Shown: positions 15,001-30,330 of the stretch, piece after piece
How the letters are laid out: every line of letters starts with the position of its first letter
How positions within the stretch are numbered: the stretch's first letter is position 1
DNA from: Raja brachyura
Lineage: Eukaryota
Length of the DNA stretch: 64,000 nt
Reading direction: 5' to 3'
NCBI GenBank assembly: GCA_963514005.1
Contig: OY740811.1
Span: 27,714,001 to 27,778,000, forward strand
Program-made: the position numbers and the translations under genes
The notes under the pieces: generated by a model
The model's database searches: none
What the model saw: the letters and a program-made list of their open reading frames with translations, nothing else
What the model was told of the DNA's origin: nothing

Positions 15001-18000
15001 CTCAACGGTAACTTATTCTCAATCATCGCAAATCACATCCTCCAACAAATCAGCAATAGTATCACATCCAACGACAGAAGAATCATCGATCACCGTCTCC
15101 TCACCTGAAGCACATCAGACAAATACACAGGAACCATTTACATCGACATATCCAAAGACAACACAAGCTTCAACAGAAACTATTTTGACAACAGAAACAC
15201 ATTTAACAACACCAATCTCAAAGCAAACGGAGTCTCCATCAGTAACCTATCCACGCACAACAGAAGACTTATCCACAACAGAATTTTCCTCACCAACACC
15301 GAATGGTAGACAGGCATCAGCAACCACATTGTCCACAGCTGAAACACGGTCAGAAACGCAGGAATCAATAAGAACGGAGCATTCAACACAAACCTTTGCA
15401 AGCACGACACAGAATTCTTCAGAAAGTGTGCCCGTTTCAGAACCACATTTCACAACGCAATTTTCAGCCACGATACATTCCTCATCGGAATCATATTCCA
15501 CATCAGTGAAAGCTTCTTCAACAACAGAACCTTCATCAGAATCACATCCTACAATAGCAGCATCCACAATTGCCACATCCTCTCTGGAAACAACTCCAAA
15601 CACCCAGCAATCTTCAAGGACTGAACTATCAACACAATCCAATCCAAGCACAACCAATGTTTCATCAGTCACCGAGTCCTCTTCAGAAACACATTTAACA
15701 ACATCAAGTTTATCACAGGTAACTGAGTCCTCAACAGAAACATATTCCACATCGACACAGGTCACATCAAAAACTGAATCACCCTCAGAAAGCCATCAGA
15801 CCACTGAAGTGCCTTCAAGCTCCTTGACCTCATCAAAAACACATCCAACAACATCACAGGAATCATCATCAACGGAGCTTCCAACAACAGCATATCCAAC
15901 ATTGACAACTGCTTCATCTGTTAGTGTGTCCCCATCTGAAACCCACCTAACAACAACACCACTATCATCGCCAATTCAGTCCTCAGCAGAGACCTATCCA
16001 ACAACACAAACATCCACAAACAAACCTTCATCAGAAACACATCCAACAACAGTGGAATCATCAAGCACACAGCATACAACACAAGCACATCAAAGCTCAA
16101 CTGAAGTTTCATCAGTCACTGTGTCGCCAGTTGAATCCCACTCCACAACCTCATCATCTTCATTGGTTACTGAATCCCTGTCAGAAACACATTCAACATC
16201 TGCACAAGCATCAGTGACAACTGAAACTTCATCGGAATCCCATCCAACTACACATGCATCTCGAATCACAATGTCCTCTTCAGAAAGACAGCCAACAGCA
16301 CATGAATCATCAAGTACAGAGCAGACAACACAAACTCATGGAACAACATCTGAAATTTCCTCACAAAGTGCGTCCTCATCAAAATCCCTCGCAACAGCAA
16401 CAACGTCACCTTTGGTCACTGAGAGCTCAACGGTAACTTATTCTCAATCATCGCAAATCACATCCTCCAACAAATCAGCAATAGTATCACATCCAACGAC
16501 AGAAGAATCATCGATCACCGTCTCCTCACCTGAAGCACATCAGACAAATACACAGGAACCATTTACATCGACATATCCAAAGACAACACAAGCTTCAACA
16601 GAAACTATTTTGACAACAGAAACACATTTAACAACACCAATCTCAAAGCAAACGGAGCCTCCATCAGTAACCTATCCACGCACAACAGAAGACTTATCCA
16701 CAACAGAATTTTCCTCACCAACACCGAATGGTAGACAGGCATCAGCAACCACATTGTCCACAGCTGAAACACGGTCAGAAACGCAGGAATCAATAAGAAC
16801 GGAGCATTCAATACAAACCTTTGCAAGCACGACACAGAATTCTTCAGAAAGTGTGCCCGTTTCAGAACCACATTTCACAACGCAATTTTCAGCCACGATA
16901 CATTCCTCATCGGAATCATATTCCACATCAGTGAAAGCTTCCTCAACAACAGAACCTTCATCAGAATCACATCCTACAATAGCAGCATCCACAATTGCCA
17001 CATCCTCTCTGGAAACAACTCCAAACACCCAGCAATCTTCAAGGACTGAACTATCAACACAATCCAATCCAAGCACAACCAATGTTTCATCAGTCACCGA
17101 GTCCTCTTCAGAAACACATTTAACAACATCAAGTTTATCACAGGTAACTGAGTCCTCAACAGAAACATATTCCACATCGACACAGGTCACATCAAAAACT
17201 GAATCACCCTCAGAAAGCCATCAGACCACTGAAGTGCCTTCAAGCTCCTTGACCTCATCAAAAACACATCCAACAACATCACAGGAATCATCATCAACGG
17301 AGCTTCCAACAACAGCATATCCAACATTGACAACTGCTTCATCTGTTAGTGTGTCCCCATCTGAAACCCACCTAACAACAACACCACTATCATCGCCAAT
17401 TCAGTCCTCAGCAGAGACCTATCCAACAACACAAACATCCACAAACAAACCTTCATCAGAAACACATCCAACAACAGTGGAATCATCAAGCACACAGCAT
17501 ACAACACAAGCACATCAAAGCTCAACTGAAGTTTCATCAGTCACTGTGTCGCCAGTTGAATCCCACTCCACAACCTCATCATCTTCATTGGTTACTGAAT
17601 CCCCGTCAGAAACACATTCAACATCTGCACAAGCATCAGTGACAACTGAAACTTCATCGGAATCCCATCCAACTACACATGCATCTCGAATCACAATGTC
17701 CTCTTCAGAAAGACAGCCAACAGCACATGAATCATCAAGTACAGAGCAGACAACACAAACTCATGGAACAACATCTGAAATTTCCTCACAAAGTGCGTCC
17801 TCATCAAAATCCCTCGCAACAGCAACAACGTCACCTTTGGTCACTGAGAGCTCAACGGTAACTTATTCTCAATCATCGCAAATCACATCCTCCAACAAAT
17901 CTGCAATAGTATCACATCCAACGACAGAAGAATCATCGATCACCGTCTCCTCACCTGAAGCACATCAGACAAATACACAGGAACCATTTACATCGACATA

Positions 18001-21000
18001 TCCAAAGACAACACAAGCTTCAACAGAAACTATTTTGACAACAGAAACACATTTAACAACACCAATCTCAAAGCAAACGGAGCCTCCATCAGTAACCTAT
18101 CCACGCACAACAGAAGACTTATCCACAACAGAATTTTCCTCACCAACACCGAATGGTAGACAGGCATCAGCAACCACATTGTCCACAGCTGAAACACGGT
18201 CAGAAACGCAGGAATCAATAAGAACGGAGCATTCAACACAAACCTTTGCAAGCACGACACAGAATTCTTCAGAAAGTGTGCCCGTTTCAGAACCACATTT
18301 CACAACGCAATTTTCAGCCACGATACATTCCTCATCGGAATCATATTCCACATCAGTGAAAGCTTCCTCAACAACAGAACCTTCATCAGAATCACATCCT
18401 ACAATAGCAGCATCCACAATTGCCACATCCTCTCTGGAAACAACTCCAAACACCCAGCAATCTTCAAGGACTGAAATATCAACACAATCCAATCCAAGCA
18501 CAACCAATGTTTCATCAGTCACCGAGTCCTCTTCAGAAACACATTTAACAACATCAAGTTTATCACAGGTAACTGAGTCCTCAACAGAAACATATTCCAC
18601 ATCGACACAGGTCACATCAAAAACTGAATCACCCTTAGAAAGCCATCAGACCACTGAAGTGCCTTCAAGCTCCTTGACCTCATCAAAAACACATCCAACA
18701 ACATCACCGGAATCATCATCAACGGAGCTTCCAACAACAGCATATCCAACATTGACAACTGCTTCATCTGTTAGTGTGTCCCCATCTGAAACCCACCTAA
18801 CAACAACACCACTATCATCGCCAATTCAGTCCTCAGCAGAGACCTATCCAACAACACAAACATCCACAAACAAACCTTCATCAGAAACACATCCAACAAC
18901 AGTGGAATCATCAAGCACACAGCATACAACACAAGCACATCAAAGCTCAACTGAAGTTTCATCAGTCACTGTGTCGCCAGTTGAATCCCACTCCACAACC
19001 TCATCATCTTCATTGGTTACTGAATCCCCGTCAGAAACACATTCAACATCTGCACAAGCATCAGTGACAACTGAAACTTCATCGGAATCCCATCCAACTA
19101 CACATGCATCTCGAATCACAATGTCCTCTTCAGAAAGACAGCCAACAGCACATGAATCATCAAGTACAGAGCAGACAACACAAACTCATGGAACAACATC
19201 TGAAATTTCCTCAGAAAGTGCGTCCTCATCAAAATCCCTCGCAACAGCAACAACGTCACCTTTGGTCACTGAGAGCTCAACGGTAACTTATTCTCAATCA
19301 TCGCAAATCACATCCTCCAACAAATCAGCAATAGTATCACATCCAACAACAGAAGAATCATCGATCACCGTATCCTCACCTGAAGCACATCAGACAAATA
19401 CACAGGAACCGCTTACATCGACATATCCAAAGACAACACAAGCTTCAACAGAAACTATTTTGACAACAGAAACACATTTAACAACACCAATCTCAAAGCA
19501 AACGGAGCCTCCATCAGTAACCTATCCACGCACAACAGAAGACTTATCCACAACAGAATTTTCCTCACCAACACCGAATGGTAGACAGGCATCAGCCACC
19601 ACATTGTCCACAGCTGAAACACGGTCAGAAACGCAGGAATCAATAAGAACGGAGCATTCAACACAAACCTTTGCAAGCACGACACAGAATTCTTCAGAAA
19701 GTGTGCCCGTTTCAGAACCACATTTCACAACGCAATTTTCAGCCACGATACATTCCTCATCGGAATCATATTCCACATCAGTGAAAGCTTCCTCAACAAC
19801 AGAACCTTCATCAGAATCACATCCTACAATAGCAGCATCCACAATTGCCCCATCCTCTCTGGAAACAACTCCAAACACCCAGCAATCTTCAAGAACTGAA
19901 CTATCAACACAATCCAATCCAAGCACAACCAATGTTTCATCAGTCACCGAGTCCTCTTCAGAAACACATTTAACAACATCAAGTTTATCACAGGTAACTG
20001 AGTCCTCAACAGAAACATATTCCACATCGACACAGGTCACATCAAAAACTGAATCACCCTCAGAAAGCCATCAGACCACTGAAGTGCCTTCAAGCTCCTT
20101 GACCTCATCAAAAACACATCCAACAACATCACCGGAATCATCATCAACGGAGCTTCCAACAACAGCATATCCAACATTGACAACTGCTTCATCTGTTAGT
20201 GTGTCCCCATCTGAAACCCACCTAACAACAACACCACTATCATCGCCAATTCAGTCCTCAGCAGAGACCTATCCAACAACACCAACACCCACAAACAAAC
20301 CTTCATCAGAAATACATCCAACAACAGTGGAATCATCAAGCACACAGCATACAACACAAGCACCTCTAAGCTCAACAGAAGTTTCATCAGTCACTGTGTC
20401 GCCAGTTGAATCCCACTCCACAACCTCATCATCTTCATTGGTTACTGAATCCCCGTCAGAAACACATTCAACATCTGCACAAGCATCAGTGACAACTGAA
20501 ACTTCATCGGAATCCCATCCAACTACACATGCATCTCGAATCACAATGTCCTCTTCAGAAAGACAGCCAACAGCACATGAATCATCAAGTACAGAGCAGA
20601 CAACACAAACTCATGGAACAACATCTGAAATTTCCTCAGAAAGTGCGTCCTCATCAAAATCCCTCGCAACAGCAACAACGTCACCTTTGGTCACTGAGAG
20701 CTCAACGGTAACTTATTCTCAATCATCGCAAATCACATCCTCCAACAAATCAGCAATAGTATCACATCCAACAACAGAAGAATCATCGATCACCGTATCC
20801 TCACCTGAAGCACATCAGACAAATACACAGGAACCGCTTACATCGACATATCCAAAGACAACACAAGCTTCAACAGAAACTATTTTGACAACAGAAACAC
20901 ATTTAACAACACCAATCTCAAAGCAAACGGAGCCTCCATCAGTAACCTATCCACGCACAACAGAAGACTTATCCACAACAGAATTTTCCTCACCAACACC

Positions 21001-24000
21001 GAATGGTAGACAGGCATCAGCCACCACATTGTCCACAGCTGAAACACGGTCAGAAACGCAGGAATCAATAAGAACGGAGCATTCAACACAAACCTTTGCA
21101 AGCACGACACAGAATTCATCAGAAAGTGTGCCCGTTTCAGAACCACATTTCACAACGCAATTTTCAGCCACGATACATTCCTCATCGGAATCATATTCCA
21201 CATCAGTGAAAGCTTCCTCAACAACAGAACCTTCATCAGAATCACATCCCACAATAGCAGCATCCACAATTGCCCCATCCTCTCTGGAAACAACTCCAAA
21301 CACCCAGCAATCTTCAAGAACTGAACTATCAACACAATCCAATCCAAGCACAACCAATGTTTCATCAGTCACCGAGTCCTCTTCAGAAACACATTTAACA
21401 ACATCAAGTTTATCACAGGTAACTGAGTCCTCAACAGAAACATATTCCACATCGACACAGGTCACATCAAAAACTGAATCACCCTCAGAAAGCCATCAGA
21501 CCACTGAAGTGCCTTCAAGCTCCTTGACCTCATCAAAACCACATCCAACAACATCACCGGAATCATCATCAACGGAGCTTCCAACAACAGCATATCCAAC
21601 ATTGACAACTGCTTCATCTGTTAGTGTGTCCCCATCTGAAACCCACCTAACAACAACACCACTATCATCGCCAATTCAGTCCTCAGCAGAGACCTATCCA
21701 ACAACACCAACACCCACAAACAAACCTTCATCAGAAACACATCCAACAACAGTGGAATCATCAAGCACACAGCATACAACACAAGCACATCAAAGCTCAA
21801 CTGAAGTTTCATCAGTCACTGCGTCGCCAGTTGAATCCCACTCCACAACCTCATCATCTTCATTGGTTACTGAATCCCCGTCAGAAACACATTCAACATC
21901 TGCACAAGCATCAGTGACAACTGAAACTTCATCGGAATCCCATCCAACTACACATGCATCTCGAATCACAATGTCCTCTTCAGAAAGACAGCCAACAGCA
22001 CATGAATCATCAAGTACAGAGCAGACAACACAAACTCATGGAACAACATCTGAAATTTCCTCAGAAAGTGCGTCCTCATCAAAATCCCTCGCAACAGCAA
22101 CAACGTCACCTTTGGTCACTGAGAGCTCAACGGTAACTTATTCTCAATCATCGCAAATCACATCCTCCAACAAATCTGCAATAGTATCACATCCAACGAC
22201 AGAAGAATCATCGATCACCGTCTCCTCACCTGAAGCACATCAGACAAATACACAGGAACCATTTACATCGACATATCCAAAGACAACACAAGCTTCAACA
22301 GAAACTATTTTGACAACAGAAACACATTTAACAACACCAATCTCAAAGCAAACGGAGCCTCCATCAGTAACCTACCCACGCACAACAGAAGGCTTATCCA
22401 CAACAGAATTTTCCTCACCAACACCGAATGGTAGACAGGCATCAGCAACCACATTGTCCACAGCTGAAACACGGTCAGAAACGCAGGAATCAACAAGAAC
22501 GGAGCATTCAACACAAACCTTTACAAGCACGACACAGAATTCTTCAGAAAGTGTGCCCGTTTCAGAACCACATTTCACAACGCAATTTTCAGCCACGATA
22601 CATTCCTCATCGGAATCATATTCCACGTCAGTGAAAGCTTCCTCAACAACAGAACCTTCATCAGAATCACATCCTACAATAGCAGCATCCACAACTGCCA
22701 CATCCTCTCTGGAAACAACTCCAAACACCCAGCAATCTTCAAGGACTGAACTATCAACACAATCCAATCCAAGCACAACCAATGTTTCATCAGTCACCGA
22801 GTCCTCTTCAGAAACACATTTAACAACATCAAGTTTATCACAGGTAACTGAGCCCTCAACAGAAACATATTCCACATCGACACAGGTCACATCAAAAACT
22901 GAATCACCCTCAGAAAGCCATCAGACCACTGAAGTGCCTTCAAGCTCCTTGACCTCATCAAAAACACATCCAACAACATCACAGGAATCATCATCAACGG
23001 AGCTTCCAACAACAGCATATCCAACATTGACAACTGCTTCATCTGTTAGTGTGTCCCCATCTGAAACCCACCTAACAACAACACCACTATCATCGCCAAT
23101 TCAGTCCTCAGCAGAGACCTATCCAACAACACAAACATCCACAAACAAACCTTCATCAGCAACACATCCAACAACAGTGGAATCATCAAGCACACAGCAT
23201 ACAACACAAGCACATCAAAGCTCAACAGAAGTTTCATCAGTCACTGTGTCGCCAGTTGAATCCCACTCCACAACCTCATCATCTTCATTGGTTACTGAAT
23301 CCCCGTCAGAAACACATTCAACATCTGCACAAGCATCAGTGACAACTGAAACTTCATCGGAATCCCATCCAACTACAGAGGCATCTCGAATCACAATGTC
23401 CTCTTCAGAAAGACAGCCAACAGCACATGAATCATCAAGTACAGAGCAGACAACACAAACTCATGGCACAACATCTGAAATTTCCTCAGAAAGTGCGTCC
23501 TCATCAAAATCCCTCGCAACAGCAACAACGTCACCTTTGGTCACTGAGAGCTCAACGGTAACTTATTCTCAATCATCGCAAATCACATCCTCCAACAAAT
23601 CTGCAATAGTATCACATCCGACGACAGAAGAATCATCGATCACCGTCTCCTCACCTGAAGCACATCAGACAAATACACAGGAACCATTTACATCGACATA
23701 TCCAAAGACAACACAAGCTTCAACAGAAACTATTTTGACAACAGAAACACATTTAACAACACCAATCTCAAAGCAAACGGAGCCTCCATCAGTAACCTAC
23801 CCACGCACAACAGAAGACTTATCCACAACAGAATTTTCCTCACCAACACCGAATGGTAGACAGGCATCAGCAACCACATTGTCCACAGCTGAAACACGGT
23901 CAGAAACGCAGGAATCAATAAGAACGGAGCATTCAACACAAACCTTTGCAAGCACGACACAGAATTCTTCAGAAAGTGTGCCCGTTTCAGAACCACATTT

Positions 24001-27000
24001 CACAACGCAATTTTCAGCCACGATACATTCCTCATCGGAATCATATTCCACATCAGTGAAAGCTTCCTCAACAACAGAACCTTCATCAGAATCACATCCT
24101 ACAATAGCAGCATCCACAACTGCCACATCCTCTCTGGAAACAACTCCAAACACCCAGCAATCTTCAAGAACTGAACTATCAACACAATCCAATCCAAGCA
24201 CAACCAATGTTTCATCAGTCACCGAGTCCTCTTCAGAAACACATTTAACAACATCAAGTTTATCACAGGTAACTGAGCCCTCAACAGAAACATATTCCAC
24301 ATCGACACAGGTCACATCAAAAACTGAATCACCCTCAGAAAGCCATCAGACCACTGAAGTGCCTTCAAGCTCCTTGACCTCATCAAAAACACATCCAACA
24401 ACATCACCGGAATCATCATCAACGGAGCTTCCAACAACAGCATATCCAACATTGACAACTGCTTCATCTGTTAGTGTGTCCCCATCTGAAACCCACCTAA
24501 CAACAACACCACTATCATTGCCAATTCAGTCCTCAGCAGAGACCTATCCAACAACACAAACATCCACAAACAAACCTTCATCAGAAACACATCCAACAAC
24601 AGTGGAATCATCAAGTACACAGCATACAACACAAGCACATCAAAGCTCAACAGAAGTTTCATCAGTCACTGTGTCGCCAGTTGAATCCCACTCCACAACC
24701 TCATCATCTTCATTGATTACTGAATCCCCGTCAGAAACACATTCAACATCTGCACAAGCATCAGTGACAACTGAAACTTCATCGGAATCCCATCCAACTA
24801 CAGAGGCATCTCGAATCACAATGTCCTCTTCAGAAAGACAGCCAACAGCACATGAATCATCAAGTACAGAGCAGACAACACAAACTCATGGAACAACATC
24901 TGAAATTTCCTCACAAAGTGCGTCCTCATCAAAATCCCTCGCAACAGCAACAACGTCACCTTTGGTCACTGAGAGCTCAACGGTAACTTATTCTCAATCA
25001 TCGCAAATCACATCCTCCAACAAATCTCCAATAGTATCACATCCAACGACAGAAGAATCATCGATCACCGTCTCCTCACCTGAAGCACATCAGACAAATA
25101 CACAGGAACCATTTACATCGACATATCCAAAGACAACACAAGCTTCAACAGAAACTATTTTGACAACAGAAACACATTTAACAACACCAATCTCAAAGCA
25201 AACGGAGCCTCCATCAGTAACCTATCCACGCACAACAGAAGGCTTATCCACAACAGAATTTTCCTCACCAACACCGAATGGTAGACAGGCATCAGCAACC
25301 ACATTGTCCACAGCTGAAACACGGTCAGAAACGCAGGAATCAATAAGAACGGAGCATTCAACACAAACCTTTGCAAGCACGACACAGAATTCTTCAGAAA
25401 GTGTGCCCGTTTCAGAACCACATTTCACAACGCAATTTTCAGCCACGATACATTCCTCATCGGAATCATATTCCACATCAGTGAAAGCTTCCTCAACAAC
25501 AGAACCTTCATCAGAATCACATCCTACAATAGCAGCATCCACAATTGCCACATCCTCTCTGGAAACAACTCCAAACACCCAGCAATCTTCAAGAACTGAA
25601 CTATCAACACAATCCAATCCAAGCACAACCAATGTTTCATCAGTCACCGAGTCCTCTTCAGAAACACATTTAACAACATCAAGTTTATCACAGGTAACTG
25701 AGTCCTCAACAGAAACATATTCCACATCGACACAGGTCACATCAAAAACTGAATCACCCTCAGAAAGCCATCAGACCACTGAAGTGCCTTCAAGCTCCTT
25801 GACCTCATCAAAAACACATCCAACAACATCACCGGAATCATCATCAACGGAGCTTCCAACAACAGCATATCCAACATTGACAACTGCTTCATCTGTTAGT
25901 GTGTCCCCATCTGAAACCCACCTAACAACAACACCACTATCATCGCCAATTCAGTCCTCAGCAGAGACCTATCCAACAACACAAACATCCACAAACAAAC
26001 CTTCATCAGAAACACATCCAACAACAGTGGAATCATCAAGCACACAGCATACAACACAAGCACATCAAAGCTCAACAGAAGTTTCATCAGTCACTGTGTC
26101 GCCAGTTGAATCCCACTCCACAACCTCATCATCTTCATTGGTTACTGAATCCCCGTCAGAAACACATTCAACATCTGCACAAGCATCAGTGACAACTGAA
26201 ACTTCATCGGAATCCCGTCCAACTACAGAGGAATCTCGAATCACAATGTCCTCTTCAGAAAGACAGCCAACAGCACATGAATCATCAAGTACAGAGCAGT
26301 CAACACAAACTCATGGAACAACATCTGAAATTTCCTCAGAAAGTGCGTCCTCATCAAAATCCCTCGCAACAGCAACAATGTCACCTTTGGTCACTGAGAG
26401 CTCAACGGTAACTTATTCTCAATCATCGCAAATCACATCCTCCAACAAATCTGCAATAGTATCACATCCGACGACAGAAGAATCATCGATCACCGTCTCC
26501 TCACCTGAAGCACATCAGACAAATACACAGGAACCATTTACATCGACATATCCAAAGACAACACAAGCTTCAACAGAAACTATTTTGACAACAGAAACAC
26601 ATTTAACAACACCAATCTCAAAGCAAACGGAGCCTCCATCAGTAACCTACCCACGCACAACAGAAGGCTTATCCACAACAGAATTTTCCTCACCAACACC
26701 GAATGGTAGACAGGCATCAGCAACCACATTGTCCACAGCTGAAACACGGTCAGAAACGCAGGAATCAATAAGAACGGAGCATTCAACACAAACCTTTGCA
26801 AGCACGACACAGAATTCTTCAGAAAGTGTGCCCGTTTCAGAGCCACATTTCACAACGCAATTTTCAGCCACGATACATTCCTCATCGGAATCATATTCCA
26901 CATCAGTGAAAGCTTCCTCAACAACAGAACCTTCATCAGAATCACATCCTACAATAGCAGCATCCACAATTGCCACATCCTCTCTGGAAACAACTCCAAA

Positions 27001-30000
27001 CACCCAGCAATCTTCAAGAACTGAACTATCAACACAATCCAATCCAAGCACAACCAATATTTCATCAGTCACCGAGTCCTCTTCAGAAACACATTTAACA
27101 ACATCAAGTTTATCACAGGTAACTGAGTCCTCAACAGAAACATATTCCACATCGACACAGGTCACATCAAAAACTGAATCACCCTCAGAAAGCCATCAGA
27201 CCACTGAAGTGCCTTCAAGCTCCTTGACCTCCTCAAAAACACATCCAACAACATCACCGGAATCATCATCAACGGAGCTTCCAACAACAGCATATCCAAC
27301 ATTGACAACTGCTTCATCTGTTAGTGTGTCCCCATCTGAAACCCACCTAACAACAACACCACTATCATCGCCAATTCAGTCCTCAGCAGAGACCTATCCA
27401 ACAACACAAACATCCACAAACAAACCTTCATCAGAAACACATCCAACAACAGTGGAATCATCAAGCACACAGCATACAGCACAAGCACATCAAAGCTCAA
27501 CAGAAGTTTCATCAGTCACTGTGTCGCCAGTTGAATCCCACTCCACAACCTCATCATCTTCATTGGTTACTGAATCCCCGTCAGAAACACATTCAACATC
27601 TGCACAAGCATCAGTGACAACTGAAACTTCATCGGAATCCCGTCCAACTACAGAGGCATCTCGAATCACAATGTCCTCTTCAGAAAGACAGCCAACAGCA
27701 CATGAATCATCAAGTACAGAGCAGTCAACACAAACTCATGGAACAACATCTGAAATTTCCTCAGAAAGTGCGTCCTCATCAAAATCCCTCGCAACAGCAA
27801 CAACGTCACCTTTGGTCACTGAGAGCTCAACGGTAACTTATTCTCAATCATCGCAAATCACATCCTCCAACAAATCTGCAATAGTATCACATCCAACGAC
27901 AGAAGAATCATCGATCACCGTCTCCTCACCTGAAGCACATCAGACAAATACACAGGAACCATTTACATCGACATATCCAAAGACAACACAAGCTTCAACA
28001 GAAACTATTTTGACAACAGAAACACATTTAACAACACCAATCTCAAAGCAAACGGAGCCTCCATCAGTAACCTACCCACGCACAACAGAAGGCCTATCCA
28101 CAACAGAATTTTCCTCACCAACACCGAATGGTAGACAGGCATCAGCAACCACATTGTCCACAGCTGAAACACGGTCAGAAACGCAGGAATCAATAAGAAC
28201 GGAGCATTCAACACAAACCTTTGCAAGCACGACACAGAATTCTTCAGAAAGTGTGCCCGTTTCAGAACCACATTTCACAACGCAATTTTCAGCCACGATA
28301 CATTCCTCATCGGAATCATATTCCACATCAGTGAAAGCTTCCTCAACAACAGAACCTTCATCAGAATCACATCCTACAATAGCAGCATCCACAATTGCCA
28401 CATCCTCTCTGGAAACAACTCCAAACACCCAGCAATCTTCAAGAACTGAACTATCAACACAATCCAATCCAAGCACAACCAATGTTTCATCAGTCACCGA
28501 GTCCTCTTCAGAAACACATTTAACAACATCAAGTTTATCACAGGTAACTGAGTCCTCAACAGAAACATATTCCACATCGACACAGGTCACATCAAAAACT
28601 GAATCACCCTCAGAAAGCCATCAGACCACTGAAGTGCCTTCAAGCTCCTTGACCTCATCAAAAACACATCCAACAACATCACCGGAATCATCATCAACGG
28701 AGCTTCCAACAACAGCATATCCAACATTGACAACTGCTTCATCTGTTAGTGTGTCCCCATCTGAAACCCACCTAACAACAACACCACTATCATCGCCAAT
28801 TCAGTCCTCAGCAGAGACCTATCCAACAACACAAACATCCACAAACAAACCTTCATCAGAAACACATCCAACAACAGTGGAATCATCAAGCACACAGCAT
28901 ACAACACAAGCACATCAAAGCTCAACAGAAGTTTCATCAGTCACTGTGTCGCCAGTTGAATCCCACTCCACAATCTCATCATCTTCATTGGTTACTGAAT
29001 CCCCGTCAGAAACACATTCAACATCTGCACAAGCATCAGTGACAACTGAAACTTCATCGGAATCCCATCCAACTACAGAGGCATCTGGAATCACAATGTC
29101 CTCTTCAGAAAGACAGCCAACAGCACATGAATCATCAAGTACAGAGCAGTCAACACAAACTCATGGAACAACATCTGAAATTTCCTCAGAAAGTGCGTCC
29201 TCATCAAAATCCCTCGCAACAGCAACAACGTCACCTTTGGTCACTGAGAGTTCAGCGGTAACTTATTCTCAATCATCGCAAATCACATCCTCCAACAAAT
29301 CTACAATAGTATCACATCCAACGACAGAAGAATCATCGATCACCGTCTCCTCACCTGAAGCACATCAGACAAATACACAGGAACCATTTACATCGACATA
29401 TCCAAAGACAACACAAGTTTCAACAGAAACTATTTTGACAACAGAAACACATTTAACAACACCAATCTCAAAGCAAACGGAGTCTCCATCAGTAACCTAC
29501 CCACGCACAACAGAAGGCTTATCCACAACAGAATTTTCCTCACCAACACCGAATGGTAGACAGGCATCAGCAACCACATTGTCCACAGCTGAAACACGGT
29601 CAGAAACGCAGGAATCAATAAGAACGCAGCATTCAACACAAGCCTTTGCAAGCACGACACAGAATTCTTCAGAAAGTGTGTCCGTTTCAGAACCACATTC
29701 CACAACGCAATTTTCAGCCGCGATACATTCCTCATCGGAATCATATTCCACATCAGTGAAAGCTTCCTCAACAACAGAACCTTCATCAGAATCACATCCT
29801 ACAATAGCAGCATCCACAATTGCCACATCCTCTCTGGAAACAACTCCAAAAACCCAGCAATCTTCAAGAACTGAACTATCAACACAATCCAATCCAAGCA
29901 CAACCAATGTTTCATCAGTCACCGAGTCCTCTTCAGAAACATATTTAACAACAACAAGTTTATCACAGGTAACTGAGTCCTCAACAGAAACATATTCCAC

Positions 30001-30330
30001 ATCGACACAGGTCACATCAAAAACTGAATCACCCTCAGAAAGCCATCAGACCACTGAAGTGCCTTCAAGCTCCTTGACCTCATCAAAAACACATCCAACA
30101 ACATCACCGGAATCATCATTAACGGAGCTTGCAACAACAGCATATCCAACATTGACAACTGCTTCATCTGTTAGTGTGTCCCCATCTGAAACCCACCTAA
30201 CAACAACACCACTATCATCGCCAACTCAGTCCTCAGCAGAGACCTATCCAACAACACAAACATCCACAAACAAACCTTCATCAGAAACACATCCAACAAC
30301 AGTGGAATCGTCAAGCATACAGCAAACAAC
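1..30330 (+). repeat. Coding tandem array, 1425-bp (475-aa) unit, about 21.3 copies in window
   Basis: gtcctcttcagaaacacatt recurs at 1, 2851, 5701 and so on; shadow ORFs recur every 1425 bp. Units differ only by scattered substitutions. Similarity breaks down near 30320-30340. Confidence 0.98.

Noticed and set aside
1-30330. CRISPR-like or satellite interpretation of the array
   Set aside because: No unique spacers; the unit is a multiple of 3 with one open frame that splices to mucin domains.
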